Assembly (NCBI GenBank): GCA_049968235.1
Contig: JBMFRC010000001.1
Location: 288,001 to 352,000 of the forward strand
Length of the DNA stretch: 64,000 nt
Source of the DNA: Candidatus Hydrogenedens sp.
GTDB lineage: Bacteria; Hydrogenedentota; Hydrogenedentia; Hydrogenedentales; Hydrogenedentaceae
Direction: 5' to 3'
Both the position numbers and the translations under genes were made by a program. Below the pieces are notes generated by a model. That model did no database searches and had not been told where the DNA came from. It worked only from the letters and a program-made list of their open reading frames with translations. Of the stretch, positions 1 through 10,313 are shown piece after piece. How positions within the stretch are numbered: position 1 is the stretch's first letter; the number at the start of each line of letters is the position of its first letter.

Positions 1-794
1 CATTGATTCTGATATACAAGAGGAACACACATAGCGGAAGCAATACGATGTCGAATAATACTGCCTGAAATGTTTTTAAATCGGCTATCTTCTCCTGCGT
101 TTTGAGTAATTAAAGCCTCTTTCTTCTCAAAAGCACGATTCACAATGGTAGCACTGATTGAAAATTCTTCCACTGCTGTTTTTGTATGGATAAATTCAGG
201 GACAAGCCGTTTTTTTCGTTTATCCCATAATAAAATGGCTCCATTGTGAGCGGGTAGATGAGAAAAAATCTGTTCTATAATTTTTGAAAATAAGCTCTTT
301 AAATTATTCTCACTGACGATTATTTGATTTGCGTTATAAACAGCCCGTAAACGATTTTGTATGGACTTTATTTGTTCCTGGGCGACTTTTCCCTGAGGGA
401 CTTGAAAAAGTGTTTCATGGATGAGACTTAAATCTGCACTTTCAGTGTCTTCATCTAAGGTCGCATCAAAACGCACAGGAGATTTTTCTACATCAGAAGA
501 AGTTTCTATAACTTCATAGCGAATTAATTGTGTTCCCACACGAAAAACATCTCCCGGTTTAAGCAGATACTCTGTTATTTTTTGATTTCCTACATAAGTT
601 CCATTAACACTATTTAAATCTTTTAGTAAAGGGCCATCCTCCGTAGGCTCTACTACCGCATGCTTTCTTGACACTTTTGGGTCATCAAGAGTAATAACAT
701 TTTCCTGTCCTCTACCGATGGTTAAAACCTCATCCGCAGGGAAGGAAACACCTTTTTTTGTTCCCGTTAGGACTACAATATTTGCATCTTTCAT
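1..794 (-). CDS. FHA domain-containing protein, partial (3' end runs off the window start); possible GAF-like C-terminal region
   Basis: Minus-strand translation from ATG at 794: MKDANIVVLTGTKKGVSFPADEVLTIGRGQENVITLDDPKVSRKHAVV...NSVNGTYVGNQKI is a typical FHA fold signature. The ORF stays open to position 1. Confidence 0.6.
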   Translation of the reverse strand, partial: MKDANIVVLTGTKKGVSFPADEVLTIGRGQENVITLDDPKVSRKHAVVEPTEDGPLLKDLNSVNGTYVGNQKITEYLLKPGDVFRVGTQLIRYEVIETSSDVEKSPVRFDATLDEDTESADLSLIHETLFQVPQGKVAQEQIKSIQNRLRAVYNANQIIVSENNLKSLFSKIIEQIFSHLPAHNGAILLWDKRKKRLVPEFIHTKTAVEEFSISATIVNRAFEKKEALITQNAGEDSRFKNISGSIIRHRIASAMCVPLVYQNQ

Positions 795-970
795 AAACTA
801 TCTTTCCTTACATTCAATATCATTTTACCTTATAACTCAGGTAAAAAGGAAAGAATTTATTTTGTTTTCTACATAATTTTGTAGAAATAGTAACAACAAA
901 TATAGAAAAAAAAATTCAAATTTTGGGAAGAAAAATTATAAAATAACTCGTCTTTAGTTTATAAAAAAAA

Positions 971-1047
971 TGGCGCGCCCGGCGGGATTTGAACCCACGG
1001 CCCCTTGCTCCGGAGGCAAGTGCTCTATCCAACTGAGCTACAGGCGC
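971..1047 (-). tRNA. tRNA-Arg (anticodon CCG)
   Basis: The reverse complement reads GCGCCTGTAGCTCAGTTGGATAGAGCACTTGCCTCCGGAGCAAGGGGCCGTGGGTTCAAATCCCGCCGGGCGCGCCA. It has a cloverleaf, a T-loop GTTCAAATCC, anticodon loop CT-CCG-GA and an encoded 3' CCA. Confidence 0.85.
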
Positions 1048-1123
1048 GTTGACAACGGTACTCCTATTAATAAGAATATCACATTTGCAGAATCTAATTC
1101 TAAAAAAGGATAGATTTGAGGAA

Positions 1124-2350
1124 CTAATCTTTGTTCCCAAATTCATATTTTATGCCTGCAGATAAACAATGTTCCCAGGGTTCAATATCCCTCTTTTGAT
1201 GTTCACTGTCATATTCATTGGAAAGGGTAAGTTCTACACTCATGTTTTTAGAAACGGGGGTTGATAAATTTGTCAAAGAATTAATACGGTAATAGTCAAT
1301 GCGTTCCAAACTGGGCTCAAATGTTAGGTCATGAGAAAGTTCAGAACTCATAATTTTCCGTGTATATTTACTTCCAATTTTCAAACTCGTGAAATCATTG
1401 GTTGTATTTTCTGCATTTAATGGATTTAAAACTTTTATACTTCCACCAAGAATTCCGCCTAAGTTTGCAATATCTGCTGGATTTTGAATTAATCTTTGAG
1501 AAGAAGTAATTATCTGATTTAGCCCATCCTGAATTTGTTCCTGCTTAACTTCACTTTTCTGAAATGGGACATAGGGGAGCCATTCTTCATGGGTTAACAT
1601 GAGAGCTCCTTCCATAGACCAGGTCTGACGCGGTTGGGATATAATCTCATAACCTGTTCCTCCTCCAATCTGTCCCCTCAATCCTAATTTTCTACCTTCA
1701 TCTCGTTCTGCACCCATATCTGTGTAAATATACCACTTTTCTTCTGGATAGTATTGGTAGCGAAATTTTCCGTCATATCTCCGTGTATTAATTGCATTTT
1801 CAACCTCGCCATAAGCCCCTGATAATTTCATTTCTATGAGGTCCTTTTTCCTTTTCCCGGATACGGTTATACTGCTTTCAAAATTTGTGGTATCTGTTGT
1901 TCCCTTTTGAAGTGATGCAAGGACTTTACCACTTCCCGACCATTTTCTCTTATCTTTTTGTTCTTGCGTTTCTTGTGTTGCTGAATTTTCGGGTACAGGT
2001 GTGATTTTTTGTATATTTTCCCAGGGAATAGACTGTTTCTTTCCTTTTTCTATAATAAACAGCATATCACTTGTAAAATTCATTTTACCCTGAATTACTT
2101 CTCCATTCAGGAGAGATACTTCCCAGGGACCCTCTTGCTCAATTTTCTTTATATCTACTCGCTTTATATTAATAGTTCCCAGAATATCATTATTTAATGT
2201 TAAATGGTCATTTGTTATCTTAAGGATTTGCCCAGTAAGGGTATCACCATTTGTTAATTCAATATGGTCTGAGTAACCAAATGAAACTTTTAATATAGAA
2301 AAAAGCATAATAATAAAAAATATAAATAAACTATGTTTTTTTGATTTCAT
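1124..2350 (-). CDS. secreted or outer-membrane protein with N-terminal signal peptide (DUF481-like beta-barrel is a guess)
   Basis: 408-aa ORF. The N-terminus MKSKKHSLFIFFIIMLFSILKVSFG is signal-like. It is Gly/Tyr-rich with alternating hydrophobic segments and has a C-terminal ...KYEFGNKD. Confidence 0.4.
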   Translation of the reverse strand: MKSKKHSLFIFFIIMLFSILKVSFGYSDHIELTNGDTLTGQILKITNDHLTLNNDILGTINIKRVDIKKIEQEGPWEVSLLNGEVIQGKMNFTSDMLFIIEKGKKQSIPWENIQKITPVPENSATQETQEQKDKRKWSGSGKVLASLQKGTTDTTNFESSITVSGKRKKDLIEMKLSGAYGEVENAINTRRYDGKFRYQYYPEEKWYIYTDMGAERDEGRKLGLRGQIGGGTGYEIISQPRQTWSMEGALMLTHEEWLPYVPFQKSEVKQEQIQDGLNQIITSSQRLIQNPADIANLGGILGGSIKVLNPLNAENTTNDFTSLKIGSKYTRKIMSSELSHDLTFEPSLERIDYYRINSLTNLSTPVSKNMSVELTLSNEYDSEHQKRDIEPWEHCLSAGIKYEFGNKD

Positions 2351-2552
2351 ATATTAATCCCTAAAAAGTATAATCATTTACAATATCGTAATTATTAGAC
2401 GAATGAAGAGGATTTATGTATTCAATTTTATGTGGTAAAATTTAATATTTAAATGTAATAATAGAAACGCAGAAAAAATATAATAGAAAACAATTATGAA
2501 TGTATGATATAAAATTATGATATATTCTTGAATTTCTCTTTGAGGATTTTTT

Positions 2553-3668
2553 ATGCAAATGTTATATGACACATGGCTTTTATGGTCTATCACTTTTTTA
2601 TTTCTTGCTTTACTTGTAGTTTCTTTTATCATTGGTATTTATAAGAAGAAGAAAGAAGAAAAAAAACGCATTTTAAGAGACTGGGAACGGGTCCGCTATA
2701 TTTTGAAGGAGAAGGAATTAAATGAGAAGGAAATAAAACTTTTAGAAGAAATCATACATAAATATGATGCACAAAATCCGCTGGGAGTGACAACTTTTCG
2801 TCAGCATTTTGTCCGCTGTGTATATAAATATATAATAAATGCACGAAAATATCTCGACTTTGAGGAATTGGATGAAGTCGGGGAGATACTTCGTGAAATT
2901 AGTATTCGTTTAGGACACGATTATATTCCTTATGGACAACGTATATACACCACCGTAGAACTTTATCAGAATCAACCATTATGGATGTCGCCTCAGGGAG
3001 AAAATCCATCTTTATGGAGAAAAGGGAATGTTGTTGATATAAATGGTGCTTTTTTTCGAGTTGCTCCATATACACCGCAGGATAGGCTTCCTATAAATTT
3101 AGGGCAATATATATCATTCAAGATGTGGCGGGAAGATGATGCACGGTATCAATTCTCTACTGTGTTACGAAAGATAGAATTAGACCCTGAAGTATATGTA
3201 TTTGACCATGCTTTTTCTTTAGAACGTTTCCAGTCTCGTGCCTATTTTCGTGTTCGATTGGACAAACCTATAGAGGCAGATGTTGTTACGATAGACAAAA
3301 AATATGATTTAAATCAGATTAGTGCGGAAGATGTCTCCTGTAAAATTATTTTCTCAACACGGGCTCGTATTGTTAATCTAAGTGCTGGAGGTTCTGCTAT
3401 ACTGATTGATAGAGATATTGAAGAAGGATTATTTCTTAGAATACTTCTTGATATGGAAGATGATAAGGAACCAAAGTTTATTACTTTGTATATGCGTATT
3501 ATTAATAAAGTAAATGTGGCATTGGGAAGATATATATATCGTGGAGCCTTCATGGGATTAACAGATGAAAATCGTGACCGTCTCGCTAAATATGTATTCC
3601 GCCAACAACCTCCTGTATCCTCTGCACTTCGTGAACAACAGAAAAAAGATGAAGAGAAGAAAATATAA
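2553..3668 (+). CDS. c-di-GMP-binding PilZ domain protein, YcgR-like, with N-terminal TM helix
   Basis: PilZ motifs RAYFR (RxxxR) and NLSAGGSA (D/NxSxGG) lie in the C-terminal half. The N-terminus has one TM helix followed by a Lys/Glu-rich stretch. Confidence 0.65.
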   Translation: MQMLYDTWLLWSITFLFLALLVVSFIIGIYKKKKEEKKRILRDWERVRYILKEKELNEKEIKLLEEIIHKYDAQNPLGVTTFRQHFVRCVYKYIINARKYLDFEELDEVGEILREISIRLGHDYIPYGQRIYTTVELYQNQPLWMSPQGENPSLWRKGNVVDINGAFFRVAPYTPQDRLPINLGQYISFKMWREDDARYQFSTVLRKIELDPEVYVFDHAFSLERFQSRAYFRVRLDKPIEADVVTIDKKYDLNQISAEDVSCKIIFSTRARIVNLSAGGSAILIDRDIEEGLFLRILLDMEDDKEPKFITLYMRIINKVNVALGRYIYRGAFMGLTDENRDRLAKYVFRQQPPVSSALREQQKKDEEKKI

Positions 3669-3695
3669 AGTAATACAAGGAAGGCATATTCAGGA

Positions 3696-4445
3696 ATGCA
3701 ATGGGAGCGCATAAAAAACAATCAAAGTAAAATAATTCCTTTGTCCGGAATTTATATTTTTGTTCATACTGCAACATTTTTTGTATATGAACTTTTGTCA
3801 TTAAATTTAGAACTTTCATCGGGGAATTTTCCGAATGATATCTTATTATCCCTTGTAGATGTCGTTAGAGAACTGGTGCTTTGTGCCATTTTAGGTGGGT
3901 TACAATCTATCGTTTTTGCCCGGCTTGGTGTAATCTTAGAATTTCCTATCTGGCGTTGTAAAGATGATAAAGAAGCACTAAGTCGTTTCTTCCTGCTCTG
4001 GTTTGGAATTAATGCAGGACTAATAACCATCAATCGTGTAGCCAATATATTAGCAGAAAAAGGAATTTCAGACCTTGCTTTTTTATTGGGAGGAGTAGGA
4101 CTTATTGCAAATATTATTTATTTACCCCTTACTGTTTGCTGGATGTATTCTGGCGAAAAACTCTCTGAGGATGACTCTTTTCTTCGTGTGTTTCGTCCTA
4201 TCACACGACAATGGGGAGAAACATTAGGAATGTGGGCGATTCTCAGCATTTCCCTTTTTGTTGCTCTGTTTATATTAGGACTGCCCCTATTCCAGGAATC
4301 CTCCATTTTTACAGTTGTCATAAAAACAATTATAATTATACCTCTGGCAGGAATAGACATTTTTGTATTTTGCTGGACATGGCTGTTATGTATTCAGTGT
4401 AGAATTCAAGGATTGGATGAGGATGTATCATTAGATGATTTTTAA
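3696..4445 (+). CDS. hypothetical polytopic membrane protein
   Basis: 249-aa ORF with several hydrophobic helices, 27 bp downstream of the PilZ gene. Confidence 0.4.
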   Translation: MQWERIKNNQSKIIPLSGIYIFVHTATFFVYELLSLNLELSSGNFPNDILLSLVDVVRELVLCAILGGLQSIVFARLGVILEFPIWRCKDDKEALSRFFLLWFGINAGLITINRVANILAEKGISDLAFLLGGVGLIANIIYLPLTVCWMYSGEKLSEDDSFLRVFRPITRQWGETLGMWAILSISLFVALFILGLPLFQESSIFTVVIKTIIIIPLAGIDIFVFCWTWLLCIQCRIQGLDEDVSLDDF

Positions 4446-4474
4446 CAGTACTAGAAAAGGACTAAGTTATATCC

Positions 4475-5686
4475 ATGAAAGCCATTATTCTTTGTGCGGG
4501 TAAAAGTACACGGACTTATCCGCTTACTGTAACCCGTCCAAAACCACTGCTCCCTCTATTAAATCGACCCATTATTGAATTTCAATTGGAAGGACTTTAT
4601 TCTTTTGTTGACGCGTTTATTCTTGTTGTTGGGTATCGTCAGGAAATGATACAGCAACAATTGGGTGATAACTGGAAAGGAAAAAAGATTACTTATGTTA
4701 TTCAGGAAGAACAGCGAGGAACTGGACACGCTGTATTGATGTGTGAAAAAGAAGTTCAGGGTCCGTTTATCGCGATGAATGGTGATGACCTTTTTGACCC
4801 GAATGACCTAAAAAATCTTGCCCGGCAAAGCAGGCCTTCTGCATTAGTAAAAGAAGTTTCCAATCCCAAAGATTACGGAATATATGAATTGGAGAGCAAC
4901 AATAAAGTAAAAAAACTCGTAGAAAAACCGAAGGTTATATTTTCTAACATTGCAAATATTGGTGCCTATCTATTTACACAGGACATTTTTCCTATCCTGC
5001 ATAGAACACCTTTATCTGAACGCGGAGAAATTGAAATTACTTCTGCAATACAAATAATGGCAGAACAAAAGGGATTCTGGGTAGTTCCCGCGGAGGGATA
5101 CTGGCTACCTATTGGCTACCCATGGGACTTACTTCGGGCAAACGCGTTTCTGTTAGATGGTATGAAAGACGCTACGGTCCTGGGAACAGTCATGTCCGGA
5201 GCATGGATTGAAGGAAATGTTTTTATTGACGAAGGCACAATTGTCCGTCCAGGTAGTTTTATTGAAGGTCCTGCTTACATTGGGAAAAACTGCACAATAG
5301 GACCTAACTGCTGGATAAGACCTTATACGACTATCGGGGATAACTGCCGTGTCGGTCAGGCTTCTGAAATAAAAAATTCTATTTTATTTAACCATGCTTA
5401 CGCACCTCATCAAAACTATGTAGGTGATAGCATTTTAGGTGAAGGAGTCAATCTGGGATGTGGAACGGTAACTGCAAATGTTCGACATGATGGACAAGCT
5501 CCTAAATCCGTTGTAAATGGTGTCCTGATTGAAACAGGATTAAAAAAGTTAGGGGCTGTCTTAGGCGATAATGTCCACACAGGAATCTTAACCGCAATTT
5601 ATCCCGGTCGTAAAATGTGGCCCGGCACATTTACCCGACCTGCAGAGGTAGTTGAACGAGACATCATCGGTGAAGAAAATGGCTGA
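4475..5686 (+). CDS. sugar-1-phosphate nucleotidylyltransferase with C-terminal left-handed beta-helix (GlmU-like bifunctional NTP-transferase/acyltransferase)
   Basis: N-terminus MKAIILCAGKSTRTYPLTVTRPKPLLPL is the nucleotidyltransferase G-x-G-T-R motif. The C-terminus carries hexapeptide-repeat stretches (IGKNCTIGPNCWI, IGDNCRVGQAS). Confidence 0.65.
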   Translation: MKAIILCAGKSTRTYPLTVTRPKPLLPLLNRPIIEFQLEGLYSFVDAFILVVGYRQEMIQQQLGDNWKGKKITYVIQEEQRGTGHAVLMCEKEVQGPFIAMNGDDLFDPNDLKNLARQSRPSALVKEVSNPKDYGIYELESNNKVKKLVEKPKVIFSNIANIGAYLFTQDIFPILHRTPLSERGEIEITSAIQIMAEQKGFWVVPAEGYWLPIGYPWDLLRANAFLLDGMKDATVLGTVMSGAWIEGNVFIDEGTIVRPGSFIEGPAYIGKNCTIGPNCWIRPYTTIGDNCRVGQASEIKNSILFNHAYAPHQNYVGDSILGEGVNLGCGTVTANVRHDGQAPKSVVNGVLIETGLKKLGAVLGDNVHTGILTAIYPGRKMWPGTFTRPAEVVERDIIGEENG

Positions 5687-6782
5687 TAATGAGCAAAAAA
5701 AGATGAAAATAGTATTTTTTGGAAATGCCACTGAAAAAAATGCTGCAATCCGGTATCGCGTGCAAAAATTTGCAGATATGTTTGAGGTGGAAGGATATCC
5801 GTGTATTGTTTGTTTACCTTCTTCTGTGGATTTCTACTTAAAATATTTTGAGAACCAACCAAAGTACAAGAAGGCAATTTATTGGCTTTGTGTATGGCTT
5901 CGTCGCTGGTTTCAACTACGACACATTTTTAATGCGGATGTAATATTTTTAAGAGGTCCTATATTTAAATACGGACCACCAATCTTTGAATATATAATTC
6001 ACTTGTTTAATAAAAATATGGTCTTTGATATTGATGACGCTGTCTGGGAAAAACCGGCTTTCGTAAAAAATTATTCTCTTCGTTTTATTGATTTTGACTG
6101 GGCTAAGAAAATGTGTAAAATCTGTGCGGGCGCAGTCGTCGGCAATCGTTATCTGGAAGAACATGTGAAACAATGGGGAGCAAAGAAAATTGCTATTGTT
6201 CCGACATGTATTGATATAGAGAAACACCAGCAGAAAAAAGAATACCCAAAACATAACAATCCAGTAATTATAGGTTGGACAGGAACTCATACCAATTTAG
6301 GTTACCTGGACATACTCAAAGAACCATTAAAGGAATTATCTAAAAAATATCCGATACAACTGTTTATTGCTTCTAATGGTTTGAATTACAATATGGAAGG
6401 AGTAAATGTCGTATTTGAAAATTGGAAACTCGAAAAGGAATTTGAATACTTGCAAAGGCCTGATATTGGTTTGATGCCACTTATTGACACACCACGAGCA
6501 CGAGGAAAATGTGCTTTTAAGGCATTAGAATACATGGGTGTTGGGACGCCGGTTGTCATTTCACCTGTTGGTATGAATGCGGAGGTGATAGAAAATGGTG
6601 TTCATGGTTTCCTGGCACAGACTCCTGAAGAGTGGTATGATCGATTAGAAAGATTAATAACGAACCCGGATTTACGAGAGCAAATGGGACGGAAAGCACG
6701 GCAACGCATTGTAGATTTATATTCATTTGAAGCGAACTATCCCCAACTGAAAGAATTCCTATTGGATATTGCAAAAGGATAA
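5679..6782 (+). CDS. GT-B glycosyltransferase (family 4-like)
   Basis: GWTGTHTNLGYL...EYMGVGTPVVISPVGMNAEVIENGVHGFLA matches the GT1/GT4 C-terminal domain. The start was chosen at ATG 5679 (MADNEQKK), overlapping the upstream TGA stop; the ORF track lists 5652 as an alternative start. Confidence 0.7.
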   Translation: MADNEQKKMKIVFFGNATEKNAAIRYRVQKFADMFEVEGYPCIVCLPSSVDFYLKYFENQPKYKKAIYWLCVWLRRWFQLRHIFNADVIFLRGPIFKYGPPIFEYIIHLFNKNMVFDIDDAVWEKPAFVKNYSLRFIDFDWAKKMCKICAGAVVGNRYLEEHVKQWGAKKIAIVPTCIDIEKHQQKKEYPKHNNPVIIGWTGTHTNLGYLDILKEPLKELSKKYPIQLFIASNGLNYNMEGVNVVFENWKLEKEFEYLQRPDIGLMPLIDTPRARGKCAFKALEYMGVGTPVVISPVGMNAEVIENGVHGFLAQTPEEWYDRLERLITNPDLREQMGRKARQRIVDLYSFEANYPQLKEFLLDIAKG

Positions 6783-6787
6783 ATCAA

Positions 6788-8101
6788 ATGAAAGAAACAA
6801 ATAATCCAGATGTGGCTCTGGCGTGGGAGTGGATAGAAGAACTGGATGCATGGTTGGGAAAAAATGGATTGTGTGGTTATGACCGTTTCAATGTAAAAGA
6901 CCATCCTTTATGTCGCTCCTTACAAACGATGCCTTTGCTTCGCAAATTGAGTCCCGGATATTCTGAATTATTTCCAAAATTTACACGATGGCTTTTACGT
7001 GTAAAAAAAACAGAGAATCCTAAAGCCCATGCGTTAATGGCAACCGGACATTTGCGATTGCTTTCAATTGAACCTGAAAAGGAACATTTAGAAAGGGCAG
7101 AAAGACATCTACTATGGCTCCGTTCTCAGAGGGTACCGGGTCTTGATGGCTGGGCTTGGGGATATCCTTTCGCTTACACAGGCAAAGGGGTTCATGTCCC
7201 TGCGAATACCCCCGTTAGCGTTGTTACTGCTATTGCAGGTCAAGCATTTTTATCCGCATATCAGATGACGCAGGAAGAACAATATCTCTCTGCCATACTT
7301 GAAATTGCAGAATTTTTTATTAAGGAACTCCCTCACTGGAAACTGAAAAACGGGGGACTGTGCTTCGGTTATGCTCTTAAAGGAGACCCACGAAAAGTTC
7401 ATAATGCAAATCTACTTGTAGCAGAATATCTTTATCATGTCTCCCATATCACAGGTGAGAAAAAATACCAAGAAATAGCAGAGCCTGCATTAGAGTTTTC
7501 TCTCAACGCACAAAACGAAAATGGCTCATGGTATTATGGATACTGGGAAGAGGACGACCCCTCTGAAAAAGAATTACATAAAATTATAGATAACCATCAT
7601 ACAGGGTTTGTTTTAAGGTCTTTATACGGAATTTACAAGTTAGAACCCAATGAAGTGCTTAAAGAAAAAATACTGAAAGGTTTCCAATATTATGCTACTT
7701 TATTTGAAGAATGCGGACAACCCTATTTTGCAGAAAACAAGAAATGGCCTGTGGATATACATGCGTGTGCAGAGGGAATTTTATGTCCCTCAATTTTAGC
7801 GGAAGTTATCCCTGCGGCACATGTTCTTGCAGTGTTCGTTCTACGCTGGGCATGGTTCCACATGCGAAACTTAAAAACGGGGGAACTCTATTATCGGCGT
7901 TACCCGTTCTTTATCTCTAAAATCACCTTTCCGAGGTGGGGTGTGGCGTTGATGTTCCGGGCTATCGCAGAATATCTTTCCCGCTTCTATGAAGTCAAAG
8001 AACGGGTAGAGAGATTAAAAATGCAAGCCATACGATGGATAGAACCCATTCCTAACATAGGAAATACATCAAATAGTAATACAATAGAAGAAACAAAATA
8101 A
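6788..8101 (+). CDS. hypothetical protein in polysaccharide locus (possibly heparinase II/III-like alpha/alpha-toroid; uncertain)
   Basis: 437-aa ORF, Trp/aromatic-rich. It is co-localised with GT and oxidoreductase genes, and no motif was recognised with confidence. Confidence 0.3.
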   Translation: MKETNNPDVALAWEWIEELDAWLGKNGLCGYDRFNVKDHPLCRSLQTMPLLRKLSPGYSELFPKFTRWLLRVKKTENPKAHALMATGHLRLLSIEPEKEHLERAERHLLWLRSQRVPGLDGWAWGYPFAYTGKGVHVPANTPVSVVTAIAGQAFLSAYQMTQEEQYLSAILEIAEFFIKELPHWKLKNGGLCFGYALKGDPRKVHNANLLVAEYLYHVSHITGEKKYQEIAEPALEFSLNAQNENGSWYYGYWEEDDPSEKELHKIIDNHHTGFVLRSLYGIYKLEPNEVLKEKILKGFQYYATLFEECGQPYFAENKKWPVDIHACAEGILCPSILAEVIPAAHVLAVFVLRWAWFHMRNLKTGELYYRRYPFFISKITFPRWGVALMFRAIAEYLSRFYEVKERVERLKMQAIRWIEPIPNIGNTSNSNTIEETK

Positions 8102-8102
8102 T

Positions 8103-10244
8103 TTGGAGATTTTCATGCTTCAGGGAATTATTAAAAAAGGTAAAGCATTGACTGTTAATGTTCCTGCTCCACAGGTAGGTAAAGGGATGTCGCTTATAAA
8201 AGTTATTTTTAGTTGCATTTCAGCAGTAACAGAATTGAGCGGACTTGCCCGTAGTAAAAAGCCATTAATTCAACGGGCATGGGAACAACCCGATAAGGTA
8301 AAAAAAGTGATGGATATATTGCGGGATGAAGGTTTTACAGTCGTCTATGCAAAGGTTAAGAATAAATTAGAATCCGGTACACCTATCGGTTATTCGGTTA
8401 GTGGTATTGTTATAGCAGTTGGTGAAGAGATTAGCCGATTTCAACCGGGAGATAAAGTTTCTGCATCAGGTGTAGGATATGCTCATCACGCAGAGTTCGT
8501 TTCTGTTCCAGAAAATCTTGTAGTTAAGTTTCCGGAGGAAGTATCTTTTGAAGAGGCATCTACTGTGGCATTGGGGGGAATTGCTATACAGAGTATACGA
8601 CGGGCAAACCTTCAACTGGGTGAATTTGTTGTGGTTTTTGGGCAGGAATTTTAGGCTTGCTAACAACACAAGTGCTCATCGCTTCGGGAATAAGAACAGC
8701 AGTAATTGATATTGACTCACATCGTTTAGACATTGCTAAAGAATTAGGTACGGAATTGGTTATTAATCCGCATGATGAAAATCCTATCGATAAAGTAATT
8801 AACTGGAGTGATGGCTATGGAGCCGATGCAGTTATTTTCACGGCGTCCACACAGCAAAACAAACCTCTTTCTCAATGTTTCCGTATGACTCGAAAGAAAG
8901 GAAAGGTTGTTTTGGTAGGTGTGTCGGGTCTTGAAATTAAACGCGAGGATATTTATTCCAAAGAATTGGATTTTCTTATTTCCACATCTTATGGACCCGG
9001 CAGATACGATACACAATATGAAGAAAAAGGGGTTGATTACCCGTATGCCTATGTTCGCTGGACAGAAAACAGGAACATGAAAGAATACTTGAGGTTAATC
9101 CACAGTAAGCATATAAAACTTGATAGATTAATAGAAAAAACATACCCCATTGAACAAATTGCAGATGCGTTTGATTGCCTATCTTCACAAACACCGCGTC
9201 CGTTAATTGTGCTTCTCCAATATGACACACCTGAGACAGAACCATTCCTTGCGGATATATCACAACAACTAATTCATGTGAATACGAACTATACACGAAA
9301 ATCTGTTATTAATGTTGCAATTATCGGCACAGGGGGATTTGCAACAAACATGCATTTGCCAAACCTTGCAAGGCTTAAAGATAAATATTCCATTTATGCC
9401 ACTATGAACCGTTCCGCACAACAGGCAAAATTCGTAGCAGAACAATATCAAGCCAAATACACCACGACCAACCTGGATGAAATATTGAGTGATAAACAGG
9501 TGGACCTCGTTTTTATAACCACAAGACATGATTCCCATGCGGAATATTGTTTGAAAGCATTACATGCAGGGAAACATGTTTTTGTGGAAAAACCTTTAGC
9601 CACATCTCAGGAAGAGTTGAATAAGATAAAAGATTTCTACACACAGGGGAGTGAACTTAAACCCATATTACTCGTCGGCTTTAACCGTCGGTTCAGTAGA
9701 TACCTTACAGAAAAAAAAACATACAGACAGGCGAATTAACCCTTTACTTATTCATTATCGAATGAATGCAGGACTTTTACCTTCGGACCATTGGGTTTTT
9801 GAAACAGGGGGTCGGATTATTGGCGAAGCATGTCATATTATAGACACCGTTTCCTTTCTCACAAAAAGCCCCCTGGAAACTATATCCGTAGAATCTCTAA
9901 CACCAACGACAGACCGATATAGACCTACGGATAACAAAATTGTGCTATTAAAATATAAGGACGGCTCTGTTGCTTGTTTTGAGTATTTCTCTGTAGGAAG
10001 TACAGAATTTGCTAAAGAATATATGGAGGTTCATTTTGACGGGAAAACCCTTGTAATGGACGATTATAAATCTCTAAAAGGTTATGGTCTGAAAATCAAT
10101 GAAATACAAACTCGAACCAGCCAGAAAGGCTACTTTGAAGAAATTCTGGCTCTTTATGATTCCATAACGGGTAAAAACCCAGATTTGCCTATCCCACTCC
10201 CCGAATTGTTCCAGACTACAGAAGCAACATTTATAATAAAGTAA
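8103..10244 (+). pseudogene. bi-domain oxidoreductase (Zn-dependent MDR alcohol dehydrogenase fused to Gfo/Idh/MocA), interrupted by two single-base frameshifts
   Basis: Three consecutive ORFs (8103-8654, 8657-9739, 9651-10244) encode ADH N-terminus, ADH C-terminus plus Gfo/Idh/MocA Rossmann, and Gfo/Idh/MocA C-terminus. Shifts occur at a G-run (~8634: expected VVFGAGILGLL, read VVFGQEF*) and at an A9 run (~9711). Confidence 0.7.
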
Positions 10245-10313
10245 AACTGCATTTTATTCTAATTGCTAACTTAATAACTCCATTCTACATTTCAATTCTA
10301 TAACCATAAATGT

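Noticed and set aside
916-1146. 76-aa minus-strand ORF
   Set aside because: It is completely overlapped by the tRNA-Arg gene and is low-complexity, so it is spurious.
2414-2632. 72-aa minus-strand ORF between the OMP-like gene and the PilZ gene
   Set aside because: It is AT-rich and low-complexity, overlaps the PilZ gene start, and has no recognisable domain.
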